Under the pieces are notes generated by a model. It was not told the DNA's origin. It searched no databases and saw only the letters and a program-made list of their open reading frames with translations. The translations under genes and the position numbers were made by a program. Shown here piece after piece: positions 1-12,837 of a DNA stretch of 64,000 nt. Source of the DNA: Paraspadella gotoi (lineage: Eukaryota > Animalia > Chaetognatha); assembly GCA_051294375.1 (NCBI GenBank), contig CM119267.1, forward strand, positions 10,287,458-10,351,457, in the 5' to 3' direction. Position 1 is the stretch's first letter; each line of letters starts with the position of its first letter.

Positions 1-3000
1 AGATTTCCGTCTCCGCTATGACGTAAGTAGGATAAGAGTCTTGCGCCAGCGTCGCCGACTTCGCTTCGATCGGAGCAACGCCCACGAAGGACTCTTGACG
101 TCCTTGATCTGCGAACGATGCGGAAGGTAAAAATGTCTCTTTAAATTTAAAAGTATGCAATCATCTATTATTCACTAATGAAACAAAGTCTCTCACCAGC
201 TACTTTGTTGAGAGATGCCTCCGCCTCAGCGTTTTGCTTGGCGCTACAATCACAAGCGGCAAGGCATCCGTCCGTCGGCGCTTCCTGCTGCTCGAGGATA
301 AACAAAGGCATACAAAATTACAAATCGACATCATTAACAACAGAAGTAAAAATCTTTTTTCCATTTTTAAACCTGATTGGCGGAATCCCCGAAATCATCC
401 TCCTCGCAACAGCAGCTCTCGTCCTCGGTGATCTTTTCCGCCTGATTTCCCGTCGTGTCCGTTTCAACGGCCGACATGTCGTTGTACTTGTGAAGGTTCT
501 TTCCGCCCGACTTGTCGTTCCCCAAATCGTCCTGTCGATCAAAGGCCTCGTCGACTCTTCCGACGTCCTTTCCTCCTTCGATCCCATCGTCTTCTCTTCC
601 TTCGCTCAGTCTCTCTTCGATCGTCTCGTGAGCCAACGAGGTTGCTCCAGGGTCCATCTCCGCGCTCCTCACCGATTCGTCGCCCTCGTTGGCCGACTTC
701 CCCTTTCCCGAGGCGTACGTCGTGCAGACGGTCGTTCTCGGGGCCTGGAATCCCTCAGAACTCTCCCCCGACGCAAGGGTTTTGGTGATTCTTCGAGCTT
801 CGTTGGCGGATTTCTCTTCAAGCTCGACCATCTCCTCTTCGTAAAGAATCTCGTCGTCGACGGAGGAGTCGAGAGTTATCCCTTCGGCTCTGTACATCTT
901 TCCCGTTCGGTTTTCTAGGAATATGTGTTGGACTCGATCGTCCGTCGACTCCATGGTTAAAATTTGAACGTCGTATTCTGACGCTTCATCTTCCGAGGCT
1001 AACAAAGCCTTTCTTTGATTTAAATTGGCGAAATTACCAAGTCCTTCCGCATAACCGCTATGAGTCGGTAAATCAGACGCGGCATCTGTCTCAGGGTCAT
1101 TTTGCTTTAACGATCTGATTGAGGCTGCATTCTGAGAAAAACGATGCCTACGCAACTCGTCCGTCGACTCATTGACAGAAGAGCCTCCTTCAAACAAAGA
1201 CGCTTCAGCCACGACGGCAGGTTGATGTGAATGAGCGTTAATCGCTTGGGATTCGTCAATAATTCCCGTATCTGCCGGGACTTCCAAAGCTCTATCGATT
1301 TCGGGATTGTCTCTTGTCTCAGACTTGATCGACGCTCTCCGCGAAGAAAAGGTATTTCGGCGGATCACGTCGTCGTCCGATTGCGGCAAGGCCGCTCCGC
1401 CGTCCATGCTCGCGCCTTTTTCCACTTTCGCGAGAGATTCGTGCCGCGGACTTACGTTGACCACGCTGCGAGCTCCTTGTGGCATTCCCGCGGCCGTGCC
1501 GAGATCCGCCTCTTCTTTCAGTTCGGATTGAGGTATTTGAAAACTTTCTTCAAGTTCCCGAATTTCTAATACGCCGGTTTCGTTAAAAGCTTGCAATTCC
1601 GCCTGACTTTCGTTCTTCGCCCAACTGATGTTAATCTCTTGATCGACGCCTTCGCTGAATTTACAATCCTTCCTCCATTCGTTTTCGAGTTCCTCTCTTT
1701 CATCCTCGCTTCCCTTAACGTAGGCGGCGATTTCGCATTTGCAAGATTCGGTGGGAGACTCCACCCTTTCGGAGCCTTCCCCCGACTCGTTCTCAGAGAA
1801 TTCGATCGTCGCGTGTCTGGTAGATTTACGGAAGGCGGCTTCCGCGTACACGCTGTCATCGAATCTTTCCCTAGATTCCTTCTGAGACTCGTTCTCGCCA
1901 AGACTCCTGACGGCGTCGGCGGATTCGTGATCCATTCCGCCGAAATCGTCGTTCGACGAGGCGTACAACTCGCCCGGCGCCATCTCCAGTTCCGCTTCGT
2001 CCAGCTCGTTAATGCGTTGCAACGTGATTTTGGATTCTTCGACCATGGTCATCGTCTTCACGTCGAAACTTTGGCCGAATTTAACACACTTGTTTCTCGA
2101 TTCTCCCATCCCGGTCGAATAGACGGTACAAATCCCCCCCGAGATGTTCTGTATGGGGTCCATCATCAGCTCGCTCTCCGATAGGGACATCGGTTTGACC
2201 GCCTGATTTCTTGACGATTCCAAGCTTGTCGAAGTCAACCTTTGTGTAGCAAAGTCCGAGCAAAGGTTCTGAGCGTCCTCCGGTGGCGAAATTCGATTCA
2301 CGGCTTGAACCATGGAAGACTGGGGGTGGCTCCTTTTATGCTTGGCAGTGTTGAAGTTAAGAGCTTCGTCCATTTTACTCCCTCTCTGCGCAGAGTACGC
2401 CGTGCAAATCATATTCGATAACATGCCCTTAGAATCCTCATGTATTTTAGTCGATCCCTCCGACTCCGAGCTTAGTCTGCCGGCCTGGTTGGCCGATTTC
2501 CCTCCTGAATTTCTCGCCCTCGACAGCTCGGCTTTGGTCTTTCTCTCGTTCTGCTCTCCTTCACTCGAATAAAGCTCCGAGCATAAGATGGGATCCATGC
2601 TAGTGGATTCGTCCACAGTTCGCGGTTTGTTTTCTCCGACGTCCTTTTCGTAATTGGAAGAAAGCTCAAACTTCTCGCCGTTCTTTATTTCGTCGAACTT
2701 CGACAGGTCCAACGGCCTCAGATCCACGACAGGCAACTGGCCGCTGTATCGATCGGGAATTAAGTAATACCCTCCTAGAAGAGTCGCGTCTTCCGAATTC
2801 GACAACGCCTCCACGGATTCAAGATGCAATCCTTCGCGCTCTTCGGTGCCCGACTCTCCGAAATACTGACTAAATATCTGGGAGGCTTTTTGCCAATCTT
2901 CTATCGAGAACGTGGCTTTCTCCAGTGGAGCGCCCAAGGGAGTGATGTCCGCCACGATTTCTTGCTTGACCGAGGGGGAGGGGGTCGAGAGCATTCGCTG

Positions 3001-6000
3001 ACCTTCTGCCACGCTGTGCGCCGTTTCCCTGTAGAAAATTGACCTTATCATCGTCGGTGTGGATGAAAATTTTTTTGCAGCATAATTTTTTTATAAATTG
3101 TTTCAATGAATCGAAACGAATGATAATTACAACCACCTGATAAACGACCCGCCTATTTCCGCCCCATTGGCGGATGCACTCCCATGTCTTTGGCTGAATA
3201 ATACAGCGGATTGTCTCTCCCGCTCCGTGGCCGCGAGAGCTTCGTTTATCGAGGACGCCCTCTCCCTGAAAGGATTCATGGAATTTATTTGCATTTTTCT
3301 TGGTTAAATTAACAAATCCAAACCTCTTAGATGAATTGTCCGTCTCAGTTCCTTTGGCGGATGCGCTTCCCAAACTTTGACCGAATGTCACTGTAGAATG
3401 TCTTTCTCCCTCTGTCTTACGTTGAGCTTCATTGATAGAAGAGGCTCTCTGCCTGTAATTAAAATAGTACTTTAATTCTTCAAAAGAAAAAAAAATAATC
3501 GTATGATTAATAACTCTCTTAATAGCACCTGTTCGTCGAGAGATCCATCTCTGTTCCATCGTTGGGAGCGCCCCCGAATTCTTGCCCAAAAAACGTAACC
3601 GATTGTCTTTCCCCTTCTCTTTCCGCGAGGGCTTCATTCATGCGCGATGCCCTCCCCCTAATGGGAATTATTTCGAAATGAAATTAAGGCTCGATACAGT
3701 TTTTTGTTCTCTAATTTTTAAAAACAAAAGTGGACACGCCTGTTGGACGACTTATCCGCTTCCGTCCCAATGGCCGACGAGGAACCGAGTTCTTGACCGA
3801 AAGAGAAAGCCGTCTGTCTCTCTCTCTCTTTGCCCGCGACGGCTTCACTCACTGCGGACGCGCATTGCCTGAAAAAGGCGATCACGAACAACTTTATAAA
3901 TTGCTTCGTAATTCACTATTCCCCTTTTTTTTCCCTCCGCCGCGTCAATTTTATTACTTCATACATTTGCAAACAAAATAGATTGAGACAAAAAAGAGAA
4001 AGTGAAAACCTGTTAAATCTTCGACTCATCTCATCCGCTTCGGTCGTAGCGACAAGGTCTCCTCTCCGCTGTCCGAAAATCGCAACTTTCTCTCCCATCA
4101 ACTCTGCGTCGCTGCCCTTTTATTTTAATTGTGAACTTGTAGTTAGAATTTAAATTGTTTTTGATCTTTGCTTGTCATAGGGATAATAAAAGTTTTAAAA
4201 TAATATAATTCAATTTATTGAAAAAAAAAAACATTTCGAAGACTTCTGCCTTCATCATATTTGCACCTTTGAAAGCAGAAGTCCTTAAAACATTGTGCTT
4301 TCTCAATAAATTAAATAATATTATTTTAAAACTTTATGGCAAGCAAAGACCAAAAACAATTCAAATTCCAAGTAATTTAAGTCATCAGTTTTCTTATTAA
4401 AATCTCAGAAATGAATACCCTCAGGGCGAAGGCAGCTTCAAGAGCCGACGAACCGCCACTGCCCCTTCCACCGCCACCAACTCTCCCCCCGCCGCCGCTA
4501 CCACCTCTTCCTCCACCACCTCCACTCCCACCGCCACTGCCACGCCTCTCGCCTCCGACGAAACCTTCCCTACCGCCCGCTACAGGGCCGAGATCTTCTC
4601 GAGGAGGAGCGGCGCGGTTTTCCGCCATCTGAAGGCGAGCGTCTCCGACGTCGCCGATACCGTTGCGGACGACTCCTTCCGGTCCCGTCGCCAAAGCGTC
4701 GAGATCTTCATTTGGAGGCGGCGCTCGATTCGAAGAACTCGGAACTTGAGCGTCGAAGCTGCCCCCGCCGCCTTCGCCAACTACATCCTCTGGACCGGGC
4801 GCCATTGGATCGGCACCCTCGGCGCGAGGCTGCGACGAAGTTGACGGGAAAGTGTTGATTAAGTGACGGGGACGCGCCGGCGACCCTAAAAAACCAAAAT
4901 GAGTAAGAACATATCAATGATTAAGTCAATTGACTGTAGAGATATGTCCCCCTTTTTCCCCCATTTATTTGTTTGCCTTTTGTTATTACCATTTCTGCCG
5001 ATAGATGCCTCTTTTCTTTTCTTTAGGAGATTACACTCTTTTCTTACCAGATATACTAGGCCCATGTAGATACTTAGGGATGTGATGGGATGGGGAAAAG
5101 GATCTTTTCTCTTTCTCTTTCTCTCTCTCTCTCCCTCTCTCTCTTTCTCCCTTTGCCTCTCTCTCAATAAACAATAACTTTGTCAAAACCTTCACTTGAA
5201 ACCTAAAATTACTTCCTCATTTTTCTTTCCTCATGACTATTTTCACTAAACGATCGATTAAATTTATTTTTCACAATAAGAATAATTAAAAAGACAACGA
5301 CAACAACAACCCCTCCACAACCTGGACAGTGACATCCCGTCTTTACGACGTTCTTCTTCTTCTTCTTCCTCTTCTTCCTCTCGGCCGCGCGTCGTTTTCG
5401 TTCTTCGTCGTCGATGTCGTCGCCGTCTTCTTCGTCGCTGTAGACGTGGACGATCTCTTCGACGAGAACTCGGGGCGGTGGCGAAGACGACGTCGACGTA
5501 TTCGTCGTTGGCGTCGTCGTCGTCAACGTAGTCGGCGACGCGGCCGAGGTAGGGCGTGGAGGAAAGGGGGACCAAGCGCGGCTTAGACTAAAAAAAAAAA
5601 AATTAAAAAAATTGCTGCGCTCACATTATCTAAAATTCAACTACTGTACCGTTAGATTTACACAAGAATTTAATAGAAATTGAATGACAAATGTCAAAAC
5701 CCGTTAACTATTTAACCGATAGACTTTTCGGGGTTTACCCTTTTTCCTGGTAGACTTACCTCGCGCTCTCTGGCCGTGAATAGGAAATACTCCGCGTTCG
5801 CCTCCGAGGAGTAGAATCGCTTTTGTTCGATGATTTATTGTCGCTAAATTAAAGAAAAAATTAATGTTTATATAGTAATTGGTTACTGACTTCTCCAGAC
5901 ACCCACTTCCCATTTCGAAACCTCACCTTCCCTCGCAATGAATTTCTTCTTCGGTCATGGAGATTCGGCTCGCGCTCCCATTTCCGCTTCTGCTGCAGCA

Positions 6001-9000
6001 TCCACTCGCGCTGCCGCTACGAACCCTGCAGCCTAATTCGTTCCTCCGCTGCGACGGATTGGGAGACAAGTGTGGGCGACCGTGCTGCTGATGATGCTGC
6101 TGAGGATGATGCTGCGAAGACAGCGAATGAATCAATTGCTCCTGCCGGCGGCCGGGCTGCAGGCGCTGATCTCGCGTGCGCAGACCGTGCTGCTGCAGCT
6201 CTGGCTGGGATCCCGGTCGCCTTTGCGGCAGGAGTTGCTGTTCCTTTCTCGGCAAATTGGCCGGTTCCTTCTGAAAGAGATTTGTAAATAAATTTTAACT
6301 GTTTTTGTTCAATTTCGTCTCAACAAAAGAAATAAAATAAAAACGAACAGGAACGCAACGGACAACAATAAAGATTCAATGCACTCACTTCATTACTCGC
6401 GAAGTGATTCTCGCCAGAGGGCGACTTCACTACCTTAACCCTGAGGACGACGTCATCGTCGGCGAAGACTTTATCGGCGACGTTAACGTCCTTCGCAATG
6501 ACGACTTCATCGGCGACGACCGCTTTATCATCGTCTTTAACGCCGCCGCCGTATTCAAGGCCCACTCCGCCGAACGCCGCCACTTTCGAGAAGAGCTCCT
6601 TCTCTTCTGGATCTTTACCGCCGCTCGATCGTAGGTCGGCCACGATCGACTCGACCGCGCGAGATCCGTCCGCCTTGGACTTGGCGCCGAGAAACACCGA
6701 ATCGAGCTTCGTCCCCGCGGCCTTTAATCCTTCCAAACCTCGAATCCTCTTCTCCGCTTCGTCCAAAGTCGCGACTTCCCCGTTCATTCTCTCGAGAAAA
6801 GCGTAAACGTTCAACGATGTGTTGTTGACGATAAAGACTCCCGGGCATTCCTTGTTGACGGGAAACGAAGATTTCTTGGTTAAGAGGCTGGATAATTCCT
6901 CTCCGGGTGTTCCTGACACGGGTAAAGAAGTTGCCAGGGAGCTCGGCGAAGCGGGCTCTGCTACTTCAGAAGAAGCGGAATCGATTTCCCCGGGAGAAGC
7001 GGACATCTTTTTGATGCGAGAAGCGGATATTTTAGAAGACGCGCGTTTTTTAGTAATCAGAGAATCCTCATTTTGATCTGTCGTCTTATTAAGATTAGTA
7101 GACTTATTTTTTATTGCAGAAGGAGAATCCTCTCTGCGAGAGCTTGATTGTTTTTTTGTTAGAGACGGAGAATCTCTGGACTCCTTGCAAGAATCCGACT
7201 TTTTCGATTGAGGAGTTTGAGAATCTCTGGGTTTCTTGAGTGAATTCATTTCAGTTGGAGAATCTTTAAGCTCCTTTGAGGACTTTCTCATGGTTAGAGA
7301 TGGAGAATCTTTAGGCACCCTCTCTGAAAAAGATTTTCTTGAGGTTGGAGACAGAGAATCTCTGGTGTCCTTGTGATAATCAGACTTTCTTGAGTTTGGA
7401 GGTGGAGAATCTTCTGGTTCCTTGCGAGACTTTCTAATGGCTCGAGATGATGAATCTCTGAGATCCTTGGAAGATTTTCTATTGGCTGGAGATGTAGAAT
7501 CTGTAGGTACCTTTTCAGAATCAGAATTTCTCAAGTTAAGGGATGGAGAATCTTTGGGCTCCTTGTAAGAATCATGTTTTTGGGGTTTTGGAGATGAAGA
7601 ATCTCTGGGGTCCTTGTGAGAATCAGACTTCCTTGAGATTGGAGGTGGAGAATCTTCAAGCTCCCTGCGAGACTTCCTAATGGTTCGAGATGATGAATCT
7701 CTGAGATCCTTGGAAGATTTTCTATTGGCTGGAGATTTAGAAGCTGTAGACACCTTTTCAGAATCTGCATTTTTCAAGTTTAGGGATGGAGAATCTTTGG
7801 GCTCCTTGTAAGAATCATATTTTTGGGGTGTTGGAGATAAAGAATCTCTGGGGTCCCTGTGAGAATCAGACTTCCTTGAGATTGGAGGTGGAGAATCTTC
7901 AAGCTCCCTGCGAGACTTTCTAATGGCTCGAGATGATGAATCTCTGAGATCCTTGGAAGATTTTCTATTGGCTGGAGATATAGAATCTGTAGGTACCTTT
8001 TCAGAATCAGAATTTCTCAAGTTAAGGGATGGAGAATCTTTGGGCTCCTTGTAAGAATCATGTTTTTGGGGTTTTGGAGATGAAGAATCTCTGGGGTCCT
8101 TGTGAGAATCAGACTTCCTTGAGATTGGAGGTGGAGAATCTTCAAGCTCCCTGCGAGACTTTCTAATGGCTCGAGATGATGAATCTCTGAGATCCTTGGA
8201 AGATTTTTTTTTGGCTGGAGATCTATCATCTTTTGGTACCTTGTCAGAATCAGAATTTCTCAAGTTAAGGGATGGAGAATCTCTGGGGTCCTTGCGAGAA
8301 TTAGACTTTCTCAAGATTGGAGGTGGAGATTCCCTGAGGTCCTTGGAAGACTTTCTATTGGTTGGAGATATAGAATCTCTCGGCTCTTTATAAGAATCAG
8401 ACTTCCTTGAAGTACGAGCTGGAAATTCTCTAACCTCCTTGTCTGAATCAGATATTTTTAGAGTTAGAGATGAAGAATCGTTTGTCTCCTTGAAAGACTT
8501 TCTTCCAGTTGGGGATGGAGAATATTTGGGCTTCCTTTCAGAAACAGATTTTTTGTTTACAGACAGAGAATCTTTGGATTCCTTGTGAATATCAGGCTCT
8601 ATGATGGTTGGTGATGGACATTTTCCAGGCTCCTGATGAGCATCAGATTTTTTTGTGATTGAAGAATTAGAATCTTGAGGATCCTTGTGAGCATCATATT
8701 TTCTAAATGAAGGAGATGGAGAATCTCTGGGCTCTTTAATAGTATCAGACTTTCTTTGAGGCCGAGATTGGGAATCTTTATGCTCATTGTAAAATTCAGA
8801 CTTTTGCAAGACTGATGATGGCGAATCTCGGGGTTCCTTGTGAGTCAATGTTGCATAATCATTAAGATTCTGCTGAGAATCAGAAAAGGAAGCGTCTTTA
8901 GAATTCTTGTGAGAAACTGACTTTCTCATAATGTGAGATGGAGAATCTTTGTGCTCTTTGTCAATATCGGACCTACTGGTTGTTGGAGATTTAGAATATT

Positions 9001-12000
9001 TACGCTCATTATGATAATCAGACTTTCTTCGAGTTGGAGATGGAGAATTTTGGCGCTCTGGATGAGAATCTGAAAAAATCATGGTTGGAGATGAAGAATC
9101 TCGTGGCCTGTTCTGGTTAGACTTTCTTATGGTTGGAGATAGAGAATCTCTCGGTTCCTTTTCAGTTTTTGACTTCCTCAATGTAGGAGACGCAGTATCT
9201 CTGCCCTCTTGTCGCGAATCTGACTTTCTTAATGTAGGTGATGAAGAATCTTTTTGCTCCTGACGAGAATCAGACATTTGGGATGTGGGAGATGGAGAAT
9301 CTCGGGGAACTTTAGATCTTCTAAAGGTAGTGGATGCAGTTTCTCGGCGCTCATGATGAGAATCAGATAGCTTTATAATTGACAAAGAAGAATCTCGCCG
9401 CTCCTTAGAATCAGATTTTCTTAAGGTAGGAGATGGAGAATCTCTGGGCTCCTTCTGAACTTTAGTTTTCCTTAAAGTAGGAGGTGTAGTATTTCGGCGC
9501 TCCTGTTGGGAATCAGTTATTCTTCTTGTTGGAGAAGAAGAATCTTGGTACTTTTTCCGAGCAGTTTCTCTTCGCTCCTGATGAGAATCTGACATTCGAT
9601 TGATTGTCGAAGACAAATCTTGGGGATCCTTAGATACAGATTTTCTTGCGGTAGGAGTTGGCGAATTTTGTTGCTCCTGATCAGAATCAGAGATGGTTAA
9701 AGAAGGATCATTCCGCTCGTTTTTAGAATTAGACTTTCTAAAAGATGGAGATGGAGATTCTCGTCGCTCCTGATGAGAATCAGACATTCTCAGTGTTGGA
9801 GATTTAGACTCATTAGGAAAACCCAACTTTGTCGGAGTTGTTCGTGAAGAATCTTTTCTGTCGTGAGAAACTGATTCCTTCCTATGAGTTGGTTTTTTTG
9901 GAGTTTTATTCAGATAATCTTCATTGTTGCTGGAATCAGACTCCTGAGAATGTTGCTGTTTTGGACTATCAAATGAAAAATCATGGATCTGCTGAGAAAT
10001 TGATTCTTTTTGAGAAGAGAGCTTTGATTTTTTTTCCATAGCATATTTTTCTTCCTTAGTTGAAGACTTTTTAGGATTTTTTGTCGGAAACTCTTTACTT
10101 TCGCGAGAAGTAGATTCTTTTTCAGGACCTTTTACAGAAGTTGTTGTTGGATAATCATTAAACGACACCTCTTTGGCCGTCAGCTCTTTCGAGGTTTTCT
10201 CGGACAAATCTTCACAGCTGAAAAAAGGAGGATCATGAGAATGAGGCGCTTTTTGACTTTGAACGGAATCGTTCTCAATCCGCTCTTCCTTTCTAGACGA
10301 AAGCTTTTTCGGTTTTTCGTTCAACGACTCTACATTTTTTTGAGAAGCTGATTCTTTTTTCGCAATAGACGTCTTTGAAATTTTTATTGGAAACTCTTCG
10401 GTATTGTGAAAATTAGAAGGTTTTTCTGGATTCATGGTGTCCGAGTCTTCAAAAGAATCGGAGTCCCGGGAAAGTGGCTTTTTCTGACTTTTACGGGGAT
10501 CATCCTTTCGAGAAGCAACCTTTTCCGGCTTTGGTTCCACAGAATCAACTGGTTCTCTTTTATAGGGTGACTTTTTACGAGTTTTCACCAACAAACTTTC
10601 TTCTTCATTCGACGCCGATTGTCGTGATTTCCCACTCGATGAATGACTGTGTCTGTGCCTATCGTCGTGTGAAGGCAACTCGTTGGACGAACCCGCGTTG
10701 TCGGATCCCGAAAATTCGGCTCCCCTCGTCTTTGCCACTCCGTTCGATCTCGTGGATTTCGCTCCGGCGTCAAGATCATCGACCCGACGCTTCGATCGCT
10801 CTCTCTTTTTATTGTCCTCCTTTGCGCCTCGGCCCCTTTCCGATACGTTCGACACCAAACCGGTCGCGTCAGCGTCGTTGGTTATTTCTGGCAAAGGAGG
10901 CGGCGTCTCGGCCAACTTGGTCCGACGAGACGACGACACCCGGTTCCCCGAAGCGGCCGACCTCGGCGACGGCGAAGGAGATCGTGGCGGAGACGGCGCA
11001 GAATTTTCGCGCGGAGCCTCTTTTTCCACTTCCGCTGCGTCTTTGACGCCGGAGCGGCGCGACTGAGAGAGCTTCTTACGCGAAACCTTATCGTCCGTCG
11101 AAATCGCGCCTCGTTGTGAAGCGTCGGTACCGTTATCGTCCGTCGTCACCTCGGCGGAATCGGCGCCGTAAGATCGCGCGCTTTTCGATCTCGTCGACTT
11201 GGAGGCGACGCTGGATCGATGCCCGTCCGCGGAGGAGGTTCGCGTCGTAGTGTTCGTCTTGGTGATCGAGGCCATCGCCCGACTTACTTCCGCCTAAGGA
11301 TTAGATTTTCTCTTTAATCAATTACCTAATTAATTACCTTATTGATTAATTAATTTATTTCTTTATATATTTATTTATTCTCATTTTTCATTTCTTTTCT
11401 GAATCCACGTATTTCTCGTGATCACCTCGATCGATTCCATTCGATTGATAAACTCCCGAATCGTATGATCGTTCGTTCCATTCACGCCTTCTTCAGCCCC
11501 CGATGCCAATTCTTGCTCGTCTTCCGTTATAGGAGTCGGCGGGATTCTTATGAATAAACAATGAGTCTCAATCCAAAACTCAGTCATTATTTAAAGTCAA
11601 ATAACCGTTGACGAACGATTCGAAATTGTTAATTTACTTCCTCGACAATTTTCAGCGACATCTATCGAGAGTTCTCAGGCTTATAAACCATCTCACCTGG
11701 TCCAAGAATCCGTGATCTCTTGTCCTAATTCGTTGGCGCTGGCGTCGCTCTCCCCGCCACCCCCATCGCTTTCCTTTCGCGTCCACCCTCCACCCCCATC
11801 GCTCTCTCCCCCCGTCACTTTCCCGTCGCTCTCTCCTCCTACTCCTCTCCTTCCGCCGTCGCTCTCCTCGCAACTGACGCCGCCGTCAGAGACGCCGCTC
11901 TCGGCGACGCCGGTTTTGAACTTCCCGCTTCCTCCGGACGAGCCGCTTCGGAGAGGAGATAGACCCGGGCTTTTTGAGGACCGGGAGGAGTGGCTGGAGA

Positions 12001-12837
12001 GGCTGCGCGGATGTCTCGCCTGGAGGAAAGGAAAGAAAAGAAATAAAGAGGGGAACAAAAAAGAAAAAAAAAAGGGAAGGAAAGAAAGATAAGAAATTTA
12101 GTAATTTTAGGGGGAAATATTAAAAATATTTGAAAAGAAACAAATAGAAAAGAGAGAAGACGAAAAGAAAAAAAACACTATAAAAAAAATCAAACAAAAC
12201 AACGACCTGAGAAACTAAAAAAAAAAAAAATCAAAACGCTTAAACAAATGAAAACTAAGCGACAAAACAAAATAAACGAAACAAAAATGAAATAAAAAAA
12301 TCAAGTCTCGAACCTTCAAGTTTCTCGTCAACTTCGGCACGGCGAGCAACGTCGACGGCGCCGCGTCCGATCCTGACGACATCGGAAACGCAGACGATGG
12401 AGACGTCGATCTGGGCGTGGAGGGCGCCGTCGACCGTGCCGACGGAGAGGTGGAGAGGCGCGGCGAGGGCGTGTTCTTCGTATTGACAGAGGTGCGCGGC
12501 GTCAAGTACGTCGACGTCGCCGATGGACCCGTCGACGGGGAATCTTCAGGCGCGCCCTCTCTGCTTTCGTCTCTCCGGACCGGCTTTCGTTTTCTTCGAT
12601 AAGAAAATCGTTGAGAACTTTTTGTTATTCTTTAATTACAAATATAAAATCATGACACCTCGGCAAAGTTTGAATCTGAATGTCCTTCTTCCTTCTTATC
12701 GGCGACGTTTCCTCCACGCCCCCTTCCTCCAAGAACGGGTTTTTCGCGTATTTCTTAATTTTCGTCGTCGTCATCGTCGCTGTCGTCGTCGTCGACTTTC
12801 GGCGGTGACTCTCGTCGTCGACTTTCGGCGGTGACAT
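1..12837 (-). CDS. Giant (>3,400 aa in window) low-complexity, probably disordered, repeat protein; >=16 exons; 3' end lies outside the window
   Basis: Hand-spliced exons with consistent phases: 12837-12659, 12593-12314, 12019-11697, 11546-11426, 11293-6389, 6270-5927, 5587-5322, 4885-4419, 4116-4010, 3868-3740, 3657-3529, 3452-3324, 3265-3137, 3028-373, 290-197, 108-<1. This joins ORFs 6320..11275 (1651 aa), 367..3051 (894 aa) and several small ORFs into one stop-free frame. The introns are AT-rich with pyrimidine tracts. No globular domain recognised; start codon uncertain. Confidence 0.7.
3137..3868 (-). repeat. Array of four homologous 129-nt phase-2/phase-2 exons (43-aa repeat)
   Basis: Exons 3868-3740, 3657-3529, 3452-3324 and 3265-3137 translate to QCASAVSEAVAGKERERQTAFSFGQELGSSSAIGTEADKSSNR / GRASRMNEALAEREGERQSVTFFGQEFGGAPNDGTEMDLSTNR / QRASSINEAQRKTEGERHSTVTFGQSLGSASAKGTETDNSSKR / ERASSINEALAATERERQSAVLFSQRHGSASANGAEIGGSFIR. 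Confidence 0.85.
7380..8350 (-). repeat. Coding tandem repeat, 243-bp (81-aa) unit, about 4 copies, within a longer degenerate 15-17-aa Ser/Lys/Arg/Asp/Pro repeat region
   Basis: GAGATGATGAATCTCTGAGATCCTTGGAAGA recurs at 7444, 7687, 7930 and 8173 (period 243). The unit is RKSSKDLRDSSSRAI-RKSRRELEDSPPPIS-RKSDSHKDPRDSSSPKP-QKHDSYKEPKDSPSLNL-RNSDSEKVPTDSISPAN. Confidence 0.92.

Noticed and set aside
178-3042. Plus-strand ORFs (e.g. 178..918, 1591..2184) opposite the giant gene
   Set aside because: Antisense shadows of GC-rich coding exons; no recognisable motifs.
4411-4632. Poly-proline (formin/WASP-like) ORF
   Set aside because: It is the reverse complement of the Gly-rich exon of the minus-strand giant gene, which has phase-consistent splice sites.
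7380-8350. Regularly spaced repeats resembling a CRISPR array
   Set aside because: No unique spacers; in-frame coding tandem repeat in a eukaryotic exon; no cas genes.
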